Part shown: one piece after another, positions 42,477 to 52,193 of the stretch
Numbering within the stretch: position 1 is the first letter of the stretch
How the letters are laid out: each line of letters starts with the position of its first letter
Origin: an uncultured Verrucomicrobiae bacterium
GTDB taxonomy: Bacteria > Verrucomicrobiota > Verrucomicrobiia > Chthoniobacterales > UBA10450
Length of the DNA: 64,000 nucleotides
Direction: 5' to 3'
Assembly: GCA_963756875.1 (NCBI GenBank)
Contig: CAVWPA010000003.1
Location: forward strand, 1,696,001 to 1,760,000
Notes under the pieces: model-generated
The model's input: only the letters and a program-made list of their open reading frames with translations
The model's database searches: none
Told to the model about the DNA's origin: nothing
Translations under genes and position numbers: made by a program

Positions 42477-43046
42477 GAGGCGGGGGCGGGAATGGAGCCG
42501 GCGGGAGCCGAGCGACATAGACGAAGCCCGAAGGGTGAGCTCGCGGGCAGCGAGCGAATCAATCGAACCGGCCCGTGGAGTGAAAGCCCCGGTATCCATC
42601 AAACCCGAGCGTGATGTTGAGGCGGGGGCGGGAATGGAGCCGGCGGGAGCCGAGCGACATAGACGAAGCCCGAAGGGTGAGCTCGCGGGCAGCGAGCGAA
42701 TCAATCGAACCGGCCCGTGGAGTAAAAGCCCCGGTATCCATCAAACCCGAGCGTGATGTTGAGGCGGGGGCGGGAATGGAGCCGGCGGGAGCCGAGCGAC
42801 ATAGACGAAGCCCGAAGGGTGAGTCTCGCGGGCAGCGAGCGAATCAATCGAACCGGCCCGTGGAGTAAAAGCCCCGGTATCCATCAAACCCGAGCGTGAT
42901 GTTGAGGCGGGGGCGGGAATGGAGCCGGCGGGAGCCGAGCGACATAGACGAAGCCCGAAGGGTGAGTCTCGCGGGCAGCGAGCGAATCAATCGAACCGGC
43001 CCGTGGAGTAAAAGCCCCGGTATCCATCAAACCCGAGCGTGATGTT
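42477..43046 (-). repeat. tRNA-linked tandem array, 4 units of 142/142/143/143 bp
   Basis: Units begin (+ strand) at 42477, 42619, 42761, 42904 with GAGGCGGGGGCGGGAAT, identical to 43047-43063 (tRNA 3' end). Confidence 0.97.
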
Positions 43047-43047
43047 G

Positions 43048-43119
43048 AGGCGGGGGCGGGAATCGAACCCGCGAATAGCGGTTTTGCAGACCGCTGCCTT
43101 ACCACTTGGCTACCCCGCC
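43048..43119 (-). tRNA. tRNA-Cys(GCA), CCA not encoded
   Basis: GGCGGGGTAGCCAAGTGGTAAGGCAGCGGTCTGCAAAACCGCTATTCGCGGGTTCGATTCCCGCCCCCGCCT: cloverleaf, GCA anticodon, U discriminator. Confidence 0.97.
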
Positions 43120-43135
43120 AAATCAGCGAAAGCGC

Positions 43136-43163
43136 AGTATCCCGCACAGTGAGAACGTGTCAA
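43136..43163 (-). promoter_or_regulatory. putative sigma70 promoter of tRNA-Cys
   Basis: TTGACA-16 nt-GATACT on minus strand, ending 16 nt before the tRNA 5' end. Confidence 0.6.
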
Positions 43164-43183
43164 TACACGCGAGCTCAAGCCGC

Positions 43184-43273
43184 TGGAGCAATGGAGTAGA
43201 GGAGCGATGGAGGAATGATGGGTTTGAATCATTGCCGCATCACCTCAATACTCCAATACTCCACCTCTCCAAT
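43184..43273. repeat. inverted octamer array (TGGAGTAT-like / ATACTCCA)
   Basis: TGGAGCAA TGGAGTAG AGGAGCGA TGGAGGAA ... ATACTCCA ATACTCCA CCTCTCCA. Confidence 0.7.
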
Positions 43274-43285
43274 CCGCCGCAACCT

Positions 43286-44566
43286 GTGACCTCGCGTTCT
43301 TCCGAACTTTTTTCCCGCGCGCAAAAACGCATCCCCGGCGGCGTGAACTCGCCGGTGCGCGCTTTTCGCAACGTCGGTGGCGAGCCCTTTTTTGTCGAGC
43401 GCGCGGCCGGATCGAGGATCTGGGATGTCGACGGGAAAGAGTACATCGATTACGTCGGCAGCTGGGGACCGGCGATTCTCGGGCATGCGCCAAAGGTAAT
43501 TGTCGATGCCGTGCGCGACGCCGCCACGCGTGGCCTCAGCTTCGGGATCCCTAATCCATTCGAGGTGGAAATGGCGGAATTGATCTGCAACTGGATGCCG
43601 TCGATTGAAAAAGTCCGGATGGTCAACAGCGGCACCGAGGCGACGATGTCGTGCGTCCGTCTGGCACGCGGCTTTACCCACCGCGACAAAATCATCAAGT
43701 TCGATGGTTGTTATCACGGGCATGCCGATCCGCTGCTGGTGAAATCGGGCAGCGGCGCGCTCACTCATGGCCAGCCGGACAGCGCAGGTGTTCCGCGCGC
43801 TTTTGGGGAACTCACGATTTCCTTGCCATTCAACGACGTCGCACTGATCCGGAAAGCTTTCTCTGAAAACAAAAATCAAATCGCAGCTATCATTCTGGAA
43901 CCGGTCCCGGCAAATGCCGGACTCTATTTTCCGGAAAAGGATTTTCTGTCCTCCTTGCGCGAAGAATGCACCAAAAATGGCGCATTATTGATTTTTGATG
44001 AAGTGATGACCGGTTTTCGCGTCGCCCGTGGTGGCGCCCAGGAAATTTACGGAGTGAAACCGGACATCACCGCGTTGGGAAAAGTAATTGGCGGCGGGTT
44101 GCCTGTGGGCGCATTTGGCGGGCGCGGCGAAATCATGGACCAGCTATCGCCGGATGGTCCGGTTTATCAGGCGGGAACGCTTTCCGGAAATCCTCTGGCC
44201 ATGGCGGCCGGTCTTGCGCAACTGCGCGAACTCGAGCGGATCAACGCTTGGAAATTACTCGAAGAACTTGGCGCGCAATTCGAGAAATTTACTCGAGACG
44301 CCATCTCGCATGTCGGAATCGCCGTAACATTTCATCGGATCGGCTCGATGTTTTGTTTGTTTTTCGCGTCCGGGCCGATTGTCGATCTGGCGGGCGCAAA
44401 ACGCAGCGACCTGAAAATGTTCGCCAAATTTTTTCATGCCTGTTGTGAGCACGGCATTTATTTCGCGCCATCACAATTCGAAACCGGTTTCATCTCAACC
44501 GCGCACAGTGCCGAAGACATCGAGCGAACGGGTACCGTTGTGCGCGAAGTCCTGGCTCACCTGTAG
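43286..44566 (+). CDS. hemL: glutamate-1-semialdehyde 2,1-aminomutase
   Basis: [54 protein letters not shown]. Confidence 0.97.
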   Translation: MTSRSSELFSRAQKRIPGGVNSPVRAFRNVGGEPFFVERAAGSRIWDVDGKEYIDYVGSWGPAILGHAPKVIVDAVRDAATRGLSFGIPNPFEVEMAELICNWMPSIEKVRMVNSGTEATMSCVRLARGFTHRDKIIKFDGCYHGHADPLLVKSGSGALTHGQPDSAGVPRAFGELTISLPFNDVALIRKAFSENKNQIAAIILEPVPANAGLYFPEKDFLSSLREECTKNGALLIFDEVMTGFRVARGGAQEIYGVKPDITALGKVIGGGLPVGAFGGRGEIMDQLSPDGPVYQAGTLSGNPLAMAAGLAQLRELERINAWKLLEELGAQFEKFTRDAISHVGIAVTFHRIGSMFCLFFASGPIVDLAGAKRSDLKMFAKFFHACCEHGIYFAPSQFETGFISTAHSAEDIERTGTVVREVLAHL

Positions 44567-44638
44567 CGGCCCCGAACGCTTTCGGGGTCGCAAAATGTTG
44601 GGAGAAGAGAATCCGACGGTCATAGACCGCCGCTACAG
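44561..44638. repeat. REP-like inverted doublet containing hemL stop codon
   Basis: CTGTAGCGGC...GCCGCTACAG; same family as 25651-25722. Confidence 0.8.
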
Positions 44639-44680
44639 GGAGACTGGACGCCGCAACGCAGCCTCCTTACCTTTCCCGCT

Positions 44681-47257
44681 GTGAGCGATAACTCGCGAAT
44701 TCGTGCAGTCGCGAAATTTTTTTTCGAAGGCGAGCGAAAATTCTTTGTCAAAGGCGTCACCTACGGCCCGTTCAAGCCGGATGCGGAAGGAAATTATCTT
44801 GGTCGTCCGGAGCAGGTTGATACCGATCTCGCGCTCATGCGTGAGATCGGGCTGAACGTGATCCGCGTTTATCACGCGCCGCCGCGCTGGTTTCTCGACC
44901 GTTGCGCGGCGGCCGGTCTTCGAGTGCTCATCACGCTGCCGTGGGCCAAGCACGTTGAGTTTTTGCGTCAGAGAAAAGCGCGCGATGAAATCTCACGATC
45001 TGTCCGTAACGCGGTCAAGGCCTGCGCCGGGCATCCCGCCGTCTTCGGTTACCTGGTTGGAAATGAAATTTCCAGCACGATGGTGCGCTGGCTCGGCGTG
45101 CGCCGCGTCACCGAGTTTGTTGAGCATTTGATTCGAATTGGCCGGGCGCTCGACCCGAACGTTCTCTTTTCCTACGCGACATATCCGCCGACCGAATATC
45201 TCCTGCCGCAAAATGTCGATTTCTTCTGCTTCAATGTTTATCTCCACAATCAGCGCGACTTCGAAAGATACCTGCTCCGCCTGCAAAACTTGACCGAAGA
45301 CAAGCCGCTCATTCTCGGCGAATTCGGCATGGACACGATCCGTCATTCGCAGGACGAGCAGGCCGAGATGCTCCGCTGGCACATTGACAGCGTGGTGAAA
45401 TGCGGGCTGGCCGGGACCGTTTTCTTTTCCTGGACGGACGAATGGTTTACCGGCGAGCAGGAAATCACGGATTGGGCGTTTGGGATCGTCACGCGCGACC
45501 GGCAGCCGAAGAAAGCGTTCCACATGCTGCGGGAAAGGCTTGGTCTGGAGAATTCGATTCTGCCGCGTCGTGCTCTTGCAAAGACGCCGTCTGTTTCGGT
45601 GATCGTTTGTTCCTATAACGGCGGAAAGACGCTCGCCGCGTGCCTCGATTCGTTAGGTCGCCTCAACTATCCGGATTACGAAGTCATCCTGGTCGATGAT
45701 GGATCGACTGACGATACGGCTTATATAGCCGCTCAATTTTCGCAGGTCCGCTATATTCATCAAACCAATCACGGTTTGAGCCATGCCCGGAACACCGGCG
45801 CGGCCGCTGCGAAAGGCGAGGTGCTCGTTTACACCGACTCCGACTGCATGGCGGACGTCGATTGGCTTTATTATATGATTGGCACGCTGACGAGCGGTGA
45901 CTACGCCGGGGTGGGGGGGCCCAATATCACGCCGCCGGCACAGAATTGGATCCAGGCTTGCGTGGCGGCCGCGCCCGGCGGACCGAGCCACGTCCTGCTG
46001 ACGGACACGGTCGCTGAGCACATCCCCGGTTGTAACATGGCGTTCTACAAATGGGCGTTCGACAATGTGGGAGGATTCGATCCCGAATACCGCAAAGCCG
46101 GCGACGATGTCGATTTTTGCTGGCGGCTTCAACAAGCCGGTCACGTGATTGCCTTCAGTCCGACCGCGGTGGTCTGGCACCATCGGCGTTTCACTTTACG
46201 CGCCTTCTTCAAGCAACAGGACGGGTACGGCGAGGCGGAATCGCTTCTCCGCTTCAAGCATCTCATTTTCTTCGGTCCCACCGGCACGGCAAAATGGCGC
46301 GGCCAGATTTACGGCGCGCCGCGCTTCAGCTGGTTTCTTAACCGCCCGATCGTGTACCACGGAGTTTTCGGTGAAGGCTTTTTCCAATCGATGTATCCGA
46401 CACCGCAATCCGACATCGCGGCGTATCTGGGCAGCATCGAATGGTTCGCGCTGACCGTCTTTCTTTTCGGACTTGGCATTTTTCTGCCCTCGTTACGGAT
46501 TGTGCCTTACGTGATGCTGGGCGGCACCCTCTGCGTCGCTCTTTCTTATATGGTACGGGCCCGTATCGAGCCAAAGTTCGATACGGTTGCCGCGCGTCTG
46601 GTAGTCATGTTCCTGGCGGTTGTGCAACCGCTGGTGCGCGGCTTTTCGCGCTATTTCACCTGGCTGCACTTTAAGCGCACGCCGCGAAACGTGATCAAGG
46701 CGCACGAGAAGCTTCCAGCTGTCGCACGTTTTTCCGGAGGCTTGCGCCGCCGGGTTTTCTGGAGCGAAGAAGGCCGGGACCGGCATCATCTGCTCGGCGC
46801 GATTTTTCAACTGCTGGAGGAAGAGGGCTGGCGTTACTCCACCGATTCCGGCTGGAATGAGTGGGACATCCAAATCTATGGAAATTTCTGGTGGAGTGTT
46901 GTTCTGCAAACCGTGACCGAATACCACGGAGGTCCAAAATGTCTGACGCGCGTCAAGCTCCGCTCGCGTCTGGTCACCACAACGGTGATTTTCAATCTCA
47001 TCGCCTTAAGCTTTTTCATTTATAGGCAGGTGAACCTGTCCCACATCGATCTTTGGTTCATTGTTCCTTATTCGTTGTTTCTCCTTTTTCTCACCAATCG
47101 CGCTCGCACCCTGAAATCGCGCGTCGCGGAGCTGGTTGACCTGGCTGCTTATCGTGCCGGTTTGCAGCGGGTCGCGCGCCGGGGCCGGATTGCGAAGCGC
47201 GAATCAGGCCCGGAGATTGAAGTTCCCATGAGCGTTGATCCCGCGGCGCGCATCTGA
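44681..47257 (+). CDS. fusion of clan GH-A-like TIM barrel, GT2 glycosyltransferase and membrane domain
   Basis: KGVTYGP, VGNEI, LGEFG in N-half; SVIVCSYN, VDDGSTD, TDSD, GCNMAF, GDDVD in GT2; C-terminal TMs. Confidence 0.88.
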   Translation: MSDNSRIRAVAKFFFEGERKFFVKGVTYGPFKPDAEGNYLGRPEQVDTDLALMREIGLNVIRVYHAPPRWFLDRCAAAGLRVLITLPWAKHVEFLRQRKARDEISRSVRNAVKACAGHPAVFGYLVGNEISSTMVRWLGVRRVTEFVEHLIRIGRALDPNVLFSYATYPPTEYLLPQNVDFFCFNVYLHNQRDFERYLLRLQNLTEDKPLILGEFGMDTIRHSQDEQAEMLRWHIDSVVKCGLAGTVFFSWTDEWFTGEQEITDWAFGIVTRDRQPKKAFHMLRERLGLENSILPRRALAKTPSVSVIVCSYNGGKTLAACLDSLGRLNYPDYEVILVDDGSTDDTAYIAAQFSQVRYIHQTNHGLSHARNTGAAAAKGEVLVYTDSDCMADVDWLYYMIGTLTSGDYAGVGGPNITPPAQNWIQACVAAAPGGPSHVLLTDTVAEHIPGCNMAFYKWAFDNVGGFDPEYRKAGDDVDFCWRLQQAGHVIAFSPTAVVWHHRRFTLRAFFKQQDGYGEAESLLRFKHLIFFGPTGTAKWRGQIYGAPRFSWFLNRPIVYHGVFGEGFFQSMYPTPQSDIAAYLGSIEWFALTVFLFGLGIFLPSLRIVPYVMLGGTLCVALSYMVRARIEPKFDTVAARLVVMFLAVVQPLVRGFSRYFTWLHFKRTPRNVIKAHEKLPAVARFSGGLRRRVFWSEEGRDRHHLLGAIFQLLEEEGWRYSTDSGWNEWDIQIYGNFWWSVVLQTVTEYHGGPKCLTRVKLRSRLVTTTVIFNLIALSFFIYRQVNLSHIDLWFIVPYSLFLLFLTNRARTLKSRVAELVDLAAYRAGLQRVARRGRIAKRESGPEIEVPMSVDPAARI

Positions 47258-47274
47258 AAAACGCACTGAATCAA

Positions 47275-48630
47275 ATGCGCCGCCGTTCGTGGCTGCTATT
47301 CTCGTTTGCTGTTGCCGGCGAAATCGTCTTTTTCGCGGCGCTGAATCTTTTCGACGATTGGACGCTTGAATCGATGCCGATAAAGTTCGTCGGAGCATCT
47401 TTTCTTGCCGGTATCGCCTACCTGATAGCGGTTTCGCATTTTCCGCCAAAGGGGGGATTCGGTTCGGCGCAGAGGGTCCACCCGGGCGCGCGCAAGCACG
47501 CGATCATTTTCTGGGCGGTTGCGGTAACGCTGCGTCTGATCGCGCTGCCGCTTGCGCCTGGTGATGATTTGTGGCGCTACGAATGGGAGGGGAAAATCCA
47601 ACAGGCCGGTTTTAATCCGTACGTTATTGCGCCGGACGATCCGAAACTCGACGGCCTTCGGCGCAGCTTTCCCGAGTCGTCCAAAATTAATCACCCCGAA
47701 TTTCGTGCGATTTATCCGCCCGGCGCCGAACTGCTGTTCCGCTTCTTCAGTGAAATTTCAAACCGGCCGCTTTTTTACAAGCTGGTGGTCGCCATCGCCG
47801 ACCTGGCAACGGCCTTTTTGCTTTTACGATTGATCGGCGGCGAGGAACGGTACAAGACCGCAGTTTGGTACGCTTGGAACCCGCTTGTTGCCTACAGTTT
47901 CGCGGGCGCAACGCATTTCGACAGTTTGATGATTCTGCCGCTGGTTGGCGGAATTCTCTGCCTGGTTCGTTCCGAGACTCGAAGCGAACCTGGCCGAAAA
48001 TGGGCTTGGGCGCTTTGGGCCGCGGTTCTTTTTGGAATTGCCATCTCGATCAAGCTTGTTCCTGCTTTGCTTCTTCTGCTTTGCGTGTTCGCGTTACGCT
48101 GGCGTGCAATCGTTCTCATCCTGAGCGGCGCCATTCCGGCAGCACTCAGTCTGCCGTACGGGTTTCCGAAAATTCGAATCTGGGAGTCGTTCGGCCAATT
48201 CGCCTACGTCGCTCGCCTGAACGACCTCTTTTGGTGGCTGATCGAGGACACCGTCTGGCCAAATCCGCATCAGAAAAATTATCATTACAATGTGATCCTG
48301 ATCCTGTGCGTGATCGCTGTTTCGCTCATCTTCAGTCGTAACTGGAAACGCGGAATGCTTTGGGTCCTGGGCGTCGCGCTGGTGCTCAGTCCGGTTTTAC
48401 ATGCCTGGTATTGTACCTGGATCGTGCCGATTGCGGCCTGGCGGCGCGCCCATGCCTGGCACGTTCTTTCGGTGACAATCTTCGCCTACTATCTTTTCTG
48501 GGACCCGCGTCTTTTCATGTTGCCGTGGCACAGCGAACCGTGGATGCGCGCGCTGATCATTGCGCCCGTGCTGGCGGCCTTGGTCATGCTGTTAAGTGCG
48601 CAAAAAACTAAGCAACAGTCTGTTGTTTAG
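47275..48630 (+). CDS. polytopic membrane glycosyltransferase (GT87/GT-C-like)
   Basis: DDLWRYEWEG, NPY, IYPP, YAWNPL, HFD, HAWY; many TMs. Confidence 0.8.
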   Translation: MRRRSWLLFSFAVAGEIVFFAALNLFDDWTLESMPIKFVGASFLAGIAYLIAVSHFPPKGGFGSAQRVHPGARKHAIIFWAVAVTLRLIALPLAPGDDLWRYEWEGKIQQAGFNPYVIAPDDPKLDGLRRSFPESSKINHPEFRAIYPPGAELLFRFFSEISNRPLFYKLVVAIADLATAFLLLRLIGGEERYKTAVWYAWNPLVAYSFAGATHFDSLMILPLVGGILCLVRSETRSEPGRKWAWALWAAVLFGIAISIKLVPALLLLLCVFALRWRAIVLILSGAIPAALSLPYGFPKIRIWESFGQFAYVARLNDLFWWLIEDTVWPNPHQKNYHYNVILILCVIAVSLIFSRNWKRGMLWVLGVALVLSPVLHAWYCTWIVPIAAWRRAHAWHVLSVTIFAYYLFWDPRLFMLPWHSEPWMRALIIAPVLAALVMLLSAQKTKQQSVV

Positions 48631-48730
48631 TAATTTACGTTATTAGCATTTGGCTGCCTTGGTCTGCAAAGCGCGACCCGCAGATTACAAGTCACGCGCG
48701 CGTTGCGTCCCCCAGAGGGCGACAGCCACA

Positions 48731-48800
48731 ACTGTAGTGGCAGGCGGTGCCGCCTGCATTTCTTTCTATTTAGAGCAGCCGATACGGCCGCCTCTACAGT
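48731..48800. repeat. REP-like inverted doublet
   Basis: ACTGTAGTGGCAGGCGGTGCCGCCTGC ... GCAGCCGATACGGCCGCCTCTACAGT. Confidence 0.7.
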
Positions 48801-48813
48801 TCATCCTTTTAAC

Positions 48814-49770
48814 TTAAGGATTTGAAATTCCGGTCGCTCGCAGCGCCTCAACGAAATCTTCAGGCGGCCCGGCTTCGAAACTCCTCCACTCCCCGGTCCG
48901 AGGATGCCTGAAGCCAAGCCTCCATGCATGCAGCATCTGCCGCAGAAATTGTCCCCCCGATTTTCGCCCATAAATTCTGTCGCCGAGAACCGGATGCCCA
49001 AGATGATGCAGATGAACTCGAATTTGATGGGTACGCCCGCTATGTAGCCGGCACTCGACAAGGCTTGCCGTTTGGCTCGATCGCAAAACCGAATATTCCG
49101 TTTTGGCGGTGCGCCCCCTGGCGGATACCACACTCATCCGTTGCCGATGAACAGGATGGCGCCCGATCTTCTCTTCAATAATACCGGTTGTCCTGCGCAA
49201 CCTTCCCGCGACCACGGCGAGATAGATTTTCTCAACGGTCCGCGCGGCAAACTGGGCCGACAGATCACGATGGGCTTCATCGTTCTTTGCGACCACGAGG
49301 CAGCCGCTGGTTTCCTTGTCCAGACGATGGACGATACCGGGGCGTTCCTTCCCGCCGATTCCAGACAATGTTGTGCAGTGATGGAGCAGGGCATTGACGA
49401 GTGTGTGCTCGCTGTGGCCCGCGCCCGGATGGACAACCATACCGGCCGGCTTGTTGATTACGATGAGGTCCCGGTCCTCAAAAAGGACATCGAGCGGAAT
49501 GGCCTCCGGCTGATTCTCGATTTTTTCCAACGGCGGTTCCGCAAGCTCAATCCGGTCCTCTTTCCGGACGAGATCGCTCGGCCGGGCCGCCTCTCCATTC
49601 AGTCTGACGGAACCGTTGCGGATTAACTGCTGGAGGCGTGAGCGCGAATATTCGGGTAGTTGGCTTGCCAGGAAACGGTCGAGCCGAAGGCGCGCGGCTG
49701 GTCCCTCGACGACCAACCGGATGGTCGCCGGGTTGGCGTTTTCCCCTGACGATTCAGTGCTGCGTTTCAT
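48814..49770 (-). CDS. rluD: RluA/RluD-family pseudouridine synthase
   Basis: S4 domain (RLDRFL..SRSRLQQLI), NKPAGMVVHP, HRLDKETSG, GRTHQIRVH. Confidence 0.9.
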   Translation of the reverse strand: MKRSTESSGENANPATIRLVVEGPAARLRLDRFLASQLPEYSRSRLQQLIRNGSVRLNGEAARPSDLVRKEDRIELAEPPLEKIENQPEAIPLDVLFEDRDLIVINKPAGMVVHPGAGHSEHTLVNALLHHCTTLSGIGGKERPGIVHRLDKETSGCLVVAKNDEAHRDLSAQFAARTVEKIYLAVVAGRLRRTTGIIEEKIGRHPVHRQRMSVVSARGRTAKTEYSVLRSSQTASLVECRLHSGRTHQIRVHLHHLGHPVLGDRIYGRKSGGQFLRQMLHAWRLGFRHPRTGEWRSFEAGPPEDFVEALRATGISNP

Positions 49771-49805
49771 TGCCCCCGGAATTGTCGATGATACAATCGC
49801 AGGGA

Positions 49806-52004
49806 ATGGCTGCTGAAAAGGTCGCCTCGATCTCGCAAAAGTGTTCCGCCTGCGGTGCGTCGATTGACACCACCGACGCGGAACCGCTTGCACGCATCGT
49901 CTGTCCGAAGTGCGGCGAGAAAGTGCGGGTCGAACGATCGTTCAACAACTTTGTGTTGCTCGAAACACTCGGTATCGGCGGGATGGGCACCGTTTACAAG
50001 GCTCGCGACACGCTGCTTGATCGACTGGTTGCGTTGAAGTTGCTGCGAAAAGATCTCGGCACTGAAATCGATCCCGCGTCCCGTTTGCAACAGGAAGCTC
50101 GCGTAGCGGCATCGGTCAATCATCCCAACGTCATCCAGGTCTTTTCTTCCGGGACGGATCACGGCCAGTTTTATCTGGTAATGGAACTGGTCGATCACGG
50201 AAGTCTGGACGATTTCATTGAAGAGCGAAAGCGTTTGCCGGAAGAGCAGGTGCTCGAAGCCGGCATCCAGGTTGCCAAAGGATTGCGCGCTGCGTACGCC
50301 AAGGGACTGATTCATCGCGATGTAAAACCGGCAAACATTCTTTTTGCCGACGAGCATACCGCAAAAATCGGCGACTTCGGGTTGGCCGGTGTGGCGGCGG
50401 AAAAAGCGGAAACGCGCGGCGAGATCTGGGGCACGCCTTACTATGTCGCGCCGGAGCGATTAAAAAACGAGCCCGAAGATTTCCGCAGCGATATTTACAG
50501 TCTTGGCGCAACGCTCTTTCACGCTATTGCGGGCAAGGCGCCGATCGAAGGTGAAACGAATTCCGCGGCAGCCTTGCGCGATTTGAAAAACAAACCGCTC
50601 GATCTTCGCCAAATCACACCAGACGTCTCCGCGGGGACGGCGCGCGTGCTTAACCGGATGATCGCTCCCGATCCCGCGATGCGCTTCGCTTCCTACGACG
50701 ATCTCGTTACGGAGCTGGAACGCGCGCAGCGTCTCCTGTCCGGAAAAGAAGACGTAGATGTTGTCCGGGCCCGGCAGAAACGATGGCAACTATTTGCCAT
50801 TGGGGCGGTATTGTTAATGGCTCTTGCGATCGGCGGTTTCTTCTTCTTACACAAAACGCGCGAGTCACAATCCGCCTCGCCCGCTTCCGCCTCGACGCCA
50901 ATGATTCCGACCAGTGAGCTTGAGCGGCAATTCCACGATGCACGCCATCAGCTTGTGGCCGGCAGGCATAAAGTAGCGCACGCCGCTTTCGCGCGCATCG
51001 CGCTGGACGCGCAGGGGCGCCAGCCGCTCTATGACTGGCTGCTCTTGAATGAAGGTCTGGCTGCGCTGATAGGGCGCGAGCAAATTCAGGCACGGCAGGC
51101 GTTTCAGGACGTGGAAAACGCAGGGCAGACGGGATTCGCCAAAAAGGATCTCGATCTGGAGAAGTTTTTTATCGCCACAGCCAGGAGGGTGGCGGCGTCC
51201 GGTGTCGTTCCCGCGACCGAAGTAGAGCGCGGCGACGACTTTAAAAGCTTTGCTCTGCTGCTTTTCGCGATCAAGGACATCTCCCAGTCGGACATTAACG
51301 ATGCGACTTCATTGCTCGATCAATTCGTCAATACCCAGCCACAGGGAAACTTTGCGTGGATCGCTGACTACAAACCACTCGCCAAAAAATATTTGAACGA
51401 TTGCCGCGTTTACACCGCCTGGAAGAACGGACCGAAGGAGGCCAATTCGGCGGAAGCTTTGGCAAAGTTAAAGGCGATCCGAAAACAGCTTAAAGCGCAC
51501 AGCGCCATTTCCGATGCGATAAGCGCCGAAGAGAAAGCGTTGGCCCGAGGCGCGACCCAGCAACAGAAAGCAGAAAGCGCCGCTCTTGAAAAAAAGCGGA
51601 AAAAGGAAGTGGAAGAAGCGCCGCGGAAAAAAGCGCAATGGCTGACCGAGTGGAAAAGGAAACTGATCGACGATCTCAATCGCAGGCATTTCGCCGGCCC
51701 GATCGTCGATGTGAACGGCGCGAAGTACACCGGCATCGCCGGCGCAACTCCGGAGAAACTGGTTTTAAAGACTCCGTACGGGACCGCGGAGCTGCCCTGG
51801 AACAAATTATCTCCGCGAACTTTGCTCGCGGTTTCCATCTCGTTTATCCAGCCGAACGCGTCCGACGCGGCCGACCGGCAATGGCTGTGCGCTATTTTCG
51901 CGAATGAAAGCGGCCAGCGTGAAGAAGCGCGAAAGTTGGCAGAGGAAGCCGCAAAAGGGAAACCGGAATATCAGGAGCAAATTCCGCTCGTTTTCCCACA
52001 CTGA
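49806..52004 (+). CDS. Hanks-type Ser/Thr kinase with N-terminal Zn ribbon, TM and extracytoplasmic helical domain
   Basis: CSAC/CPKC, LGIGGMGTVY, VALK, HRDVKPAN, DFG, YVAPE, TM after kinase. Confidence 0.93.
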   Translation: MAAEKVASISQKCSACGASIDTTDAEPLARIVCPKCGEKVRVERSFNNFVLLETLGIGGMGTVYKARDTLLDRLVALKLLRKDLGTEIDPASRLQQEARVAASVNHPNVIQVFSSGTDHGQFYLVMELVDHGSLDDFIEERKRLPEEQVLEAGIQVAKGLRAAYAKGLIHRDVKPANILFADEHTAKIGDFGLAGVAAEKAETRGEIWGTPYYVAPERLKNEPEDFRSDIYSLGATLFHAIAGKAPIEGETNSAAALRDLKNKPLDLRQITPDVSAGTARVLNRMIAPDPAMRFASYDDLVTELERAQRLLSGKEDVDVVRARQKRWQLFAIGAVLLMALAIGGFFFLHKTRESQSASPASASTPMIPTSELERQFHDARHQLVAGRHKVAHAAFARIALDAQGRQPLYDWLLLNEGLAALIGREQIQARQAFQDVENAGQTGFAKKDLDLEKFFIATARRVAASGVVPATEVERGDDFKSFALLLFAIKDISQSDINDATSLLDQFVNTQPQGNFAWIADYKPLAKKYLNDCRVYTAWKNGPKEANSAEALAKLKAIRKQLKAHSAISDAISAEEKALARGATQQQKAESAALEKKRKKEVEEAPRKKAQWLTEWKRKLIDDLNRRHFAGPIVDVNGAKYTGIAGATPEKLVLKTPYGTAELPWNKLSPRTLLAVSISFIQPNASDAADRQWLCAIFANESGQREEARKLAEEAAKGKPEYQEQIPLVFPH

Positions 52005-52193
52005 GCAGGATCGAGTGCTTCCCGGAGCTAGCGGTTCGTTTGAACGGCTTTCGCGTGGCGATTGTCGATGTTTGGGTTACTCTCTCTATGAGAGCAGCAA
52101 GTCAACCTTCGACACTCGCCTCTGTTTACACGCCTTTCGTCGATGCTAACTTTAGCGACGACGTTTAAACGCCACCATATGTAACAGGAAGCC

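Noticed and set aside
42477..43063. CRISPR array
   Set aside because: The sequence between the 17-nt repeats is the same in every unit (no unique spacers) and no cas genes are present.
42421..43119. Prophage or genomic island integrated at tRNA-Cys
   Set aside because: tRNA 3'-end duplications are only 142-143 bp apart; no integrase or cargo genes, and I saw no more distant copy in the window.
42342..43147. Short ORFs across the array
   Set aside because: They are translations of the repeat and tRNA in several frames and are broken by the 142/143-bp period.
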